Assembly: GCF_000953675.1 (NCBI RefSeq)
Contig: NZ_LN679998.1
Span: 1,819,963-1,843,962 of the forward strand
Reading direction: 5' to 3'
Length of the DNA: 24,000 nucleotides
DNA from: Paraclostridium sordellii
Lineage (GTDB): Bacteria; Bacillota; Clostridia; Peptostreptococcales; Peptostreptococcaceae
The position numbers and the translations under genes are program-made. Positions 22,441 to 24,000 of this stretch are shown piece after piece. A model generated the notes under the pieces. The model did not search any database. It saw only the letters and a list, made by a program, of their open reading frames with translations, and was not told where the DNA came from. Every line of letters starts with the position of its first letter. Position 1 is the stretch's first letter.

Positions 22441-22471
22441 ATGACTAAGGTTATTTAATAACCTTAGTCAT
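22441..22471 (-). terminator. Intrinsic terminator of the rbs operon
   Basis: 14-bp perfect stem ATGACTAAGGTTAT / ATAACCTTAGTCAT with a 3-nt loop, flanked by A5 and T5 runs. Confidence 0.85.
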
Positions 22472-22482
22472 TTTTAATTCTT

Positions 22483-23376
22483 TTATTTTGTAACTAATTG
22501 TAATTCTACAGGTATAAAATCATCTACTTTTTCGCCATTTAAATACTTATTGGCAACTTTTACAGCTGTTTCTCCTATTAGTATTGGTTGTTGTGCAACA
22601 GTTGCAGCCATAGTACCTTTCTTAACAGCATCTACAGCATCATCAGTTGCATCAAACCCAACCACTAATACATTATTCATATTAGCATCTTCAAGTGCTT
22701 TTGATGCCCCTAAAGCCATTTCGTCATTTTGAGCAAATACAGCATTTATATCACCCTTAGATTGAATTATGTTTTCCATAACACTAAGCCCTTTTGTTCT
22801 ATCAAAGTCAGCAGATTGTTTTGCTATTATTTTTAAATTACTTCCTTTTATTCCATCTTCAAATCCTTTACCTCTATCTCTTGTTGCTGATGAACCTGCT
22901 ATACCTTCAAGTTCAACTATATTCCCTTTATTACCTAACTTATCTATTAAAAATTTAGCCGCCATATCTCCACCAGCTATATTGTCTGATGCTATATGAG
23001 ATAATACTTTGCCTCCATTAGAAACTCTATCTACTGTCATAACAGGAAGATTTGCATTATTAGCAATCATAACTGATGCTACTGCCGAGTCAGAATCTAC
23101 AGGGTTAAGTAAAACTAAATCTACATCTTTTACTGTTATATCTTCCATGTTAGATACTTCTTTTGCTGGATCATTTTGAGAATCTAAAACTACAACTTCA
23201 TATCCAAGTTCTTTTGCTTCTTTTTCAACACCCTTTTTTAAATCAACAAAGAAAGGATTGTTTAATGTCGATACTATAAGTCCTATTTTTTTAGTTTTTT
23301 TATCTGTTTGGTTACAACCAACCAACATAAAACTAGCTAAAACAATAGTTAAAATTATTGAAAGAAATTTTTTCAT
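22483..23376 (-). CDS. rbsB: Ribose ABC transporter substrate-binding lipoprotein (297 aa)
   Basis: Signal peptide with lipobox LVGC. IGLIVSTLNNPFFVDLKKGVEKEAKELGY and ..AQNDEMALGA.. are typical of RbsB/PBP type I. It lies immediately downstream of an RbsC-type permease gene. Confidence 0.85.
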   Translation of the reverse strand: MKKFLSIILTIVLASFMLVGCNQTDKKTKKIGLIVSTLNNPFFVDLKKGVEKEAKELGYEVVVLDSQNDPAKEVSNMEDITVKDVDLVLLNPVDSDSAVASVMIANNANLPVMTVDRVSNGGKVLSHIASDNIAGGDMAAKFLIDKLGNKGNIVELEGIAGSSATRDRGKGFEDGIKGSNLKIIAKQSADFDRTKGLSVMENIIQSKGDINAVFAQNDEMALGASKALEDANMNNVLVVGFDATDDAVDAVKKGTMAATVAQQPILIGETAVKVANKYLNGEKVDDFIPVELQLVTK

Positions 23377-23391
23377 TATAATCTTCCTTTC

Positions 23392-24000
23392 TTAATTACT
23401 TTTTCTATCAAGTAATACAGCTATTAATATAACTATACCTTTTACCATCATTTGGTAATATGATGATACATCTAAAATGTTAAGAGCATTACTAAGTACT
23501 CCGATTATAAGTGCACCTATTATAGTCCCACTTATTTTACCTTTTCCTCCAGTTAACTTTGTTCCACCTAGAACAACTGCTGCGATTGCATCTAATTCAT
23601 ATCCTGTACCAGCTGTAGGTTGAGCTGAGTATAGTCTAGAAGTTATTATAATACCTGCTATAGCTGATAGTATACCACTTATAGTGTATACCCATATTTT
23701 TATTTTATCTGTATTTAATCCCGATAATTTTGTTGCTTCTTCATTTCCACCTAATGCATATGTGTATCTACCCATTTTAGTATGATTTAAAATATAATAA
23801 CATGCTATAAATACTACTACAGTTATAACTACAGGTGCTGGTATACCAATTATTGTTCCTCCACCTATTTTACCAAACGACATAGCTAATGCATTACTTC
23901 CTAAAGTTATAGGCTTCCCATCAGTAAACACTAATGTAATACCTCTAAATATTGTCATTGTTGCAAGTGTAGCTATGAATGGTTGTAACTTTCCTTTAGC
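23392..24000 (-). CDS. rbsC: Ribose ABC transporter permease (C-terminal ~202 codons; N-terminus beyond the window end)
   Basis: The frame stays open past the track's Met (23958) to the window edge (..AKGKLQPFIATLATMTIFRGITLVF..). GGNEEATKLSGLNTDKIK and the hydrophobic pattern are typical of RbsC/AraH-family permeases. Confidence 0.85.
   Translation of the reverse strand, partial: AKGKLQPFIATLATMTIFRGITLVFTDGKPITLGSNALAMSFGKIGGGTIIGIPAPVVITVVVFIACYYILNHTKMGRYTYALGGNEEATKLSGLNTDKIKIWVYTISGILSAIAGIIITSRLYSAQPTAGTGYELDAIAAVVLGGTKLTGGKGKISGTIIGALIIGVLSNALNILDVSSYYQMMVKGIVILIAVLLDRKSN

Noticed and set aside
22550-22999. Plus-strand ORFs 22550..22732 and 22769..22999
   Set aside because: Antisense shadows of rbsB.
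1-24000. Mobile elements, CRISPR arrays, tRNA/rRNA genes, prophage or defence-island hallmarks
   Set aside because: I saw no transposase, integrase or recombinase-like translation, no terminal inverted repeats flanking a gene block and no regularly spaced direct repeats. I also saw no cloverleaf-like GC-rich segments. Gene content and uniform AT-richness look like core or metabolic-accessory chromosome.

Overview
Very AT-rich chromosomal segment of a low-GC Firmicute. It looks Clostridium-like: G-rich Shine-Dalgarno (SD) sites and a hairpin plus T-tract terminator after almost every gene. I can support 21 protein genes of 60 aa or more, 19 of them on the minus strand, plus 2 micro-ORFs below the ORF-track cutoff.

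Left to right:
- recQ (5' part, runs off the window)
- CspA-family cold-shock gene
- SWIM-zinc-finger/SNF2 helicase (about 1076 aa)
- Est-type alpha/beta hydrolase
- class-V aminotransferase + ECF S-component operon
- double beta-trefoil (fascin-like) protein
- DUF4163/DUF3298-like protein + 78 aa membrane protein
- orphan AgrC-type multi-TM histidine kinase
- YkvI-family membrane protein
- U32-family protein with an Fe-S Cys motif
- Cho-like truncated UvrC
- GH63/YgjK-like glycosidase
- tandem-rhodanese sulfurtransferase
- 176 aa hypothetical protein
- compact degenerate FtsZ-like protein
- L-lactate dehydrogenase
- PaaI-type thioesterase
- rbsB and rbsC (rbsC runs off the window)

I recognised no rRNA, tRNA, CRISPR array, transposase/integrase or phage genes.

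The most unusual locus is 19.17-20.68 kb. The longest apparently non-coding gap (767 bp) holds two tandem paralogous 26-27 aa Tyr/Asp/Glu-rich micro-ORFs, each with its own SD. They lie directly upstream of, and on the same strand as, an FtsZ/tubulin-like gene whose GTP-binding loops are destroyed while a T7-like NxDxxD loop is kept.

Other items worth a second look:
- a C-rich terminator-proximal RNA candidate (7989-8110)
- a 21-bp perfect palindrome overlapping the promoter/SD of the Cho-like gene
- the orphan AgrC-like kinase
- the double beta-trefoil protein
- the aminotransferase/ECF-S pairing

All homology statements come from reading the translations by eye. No database search was run.
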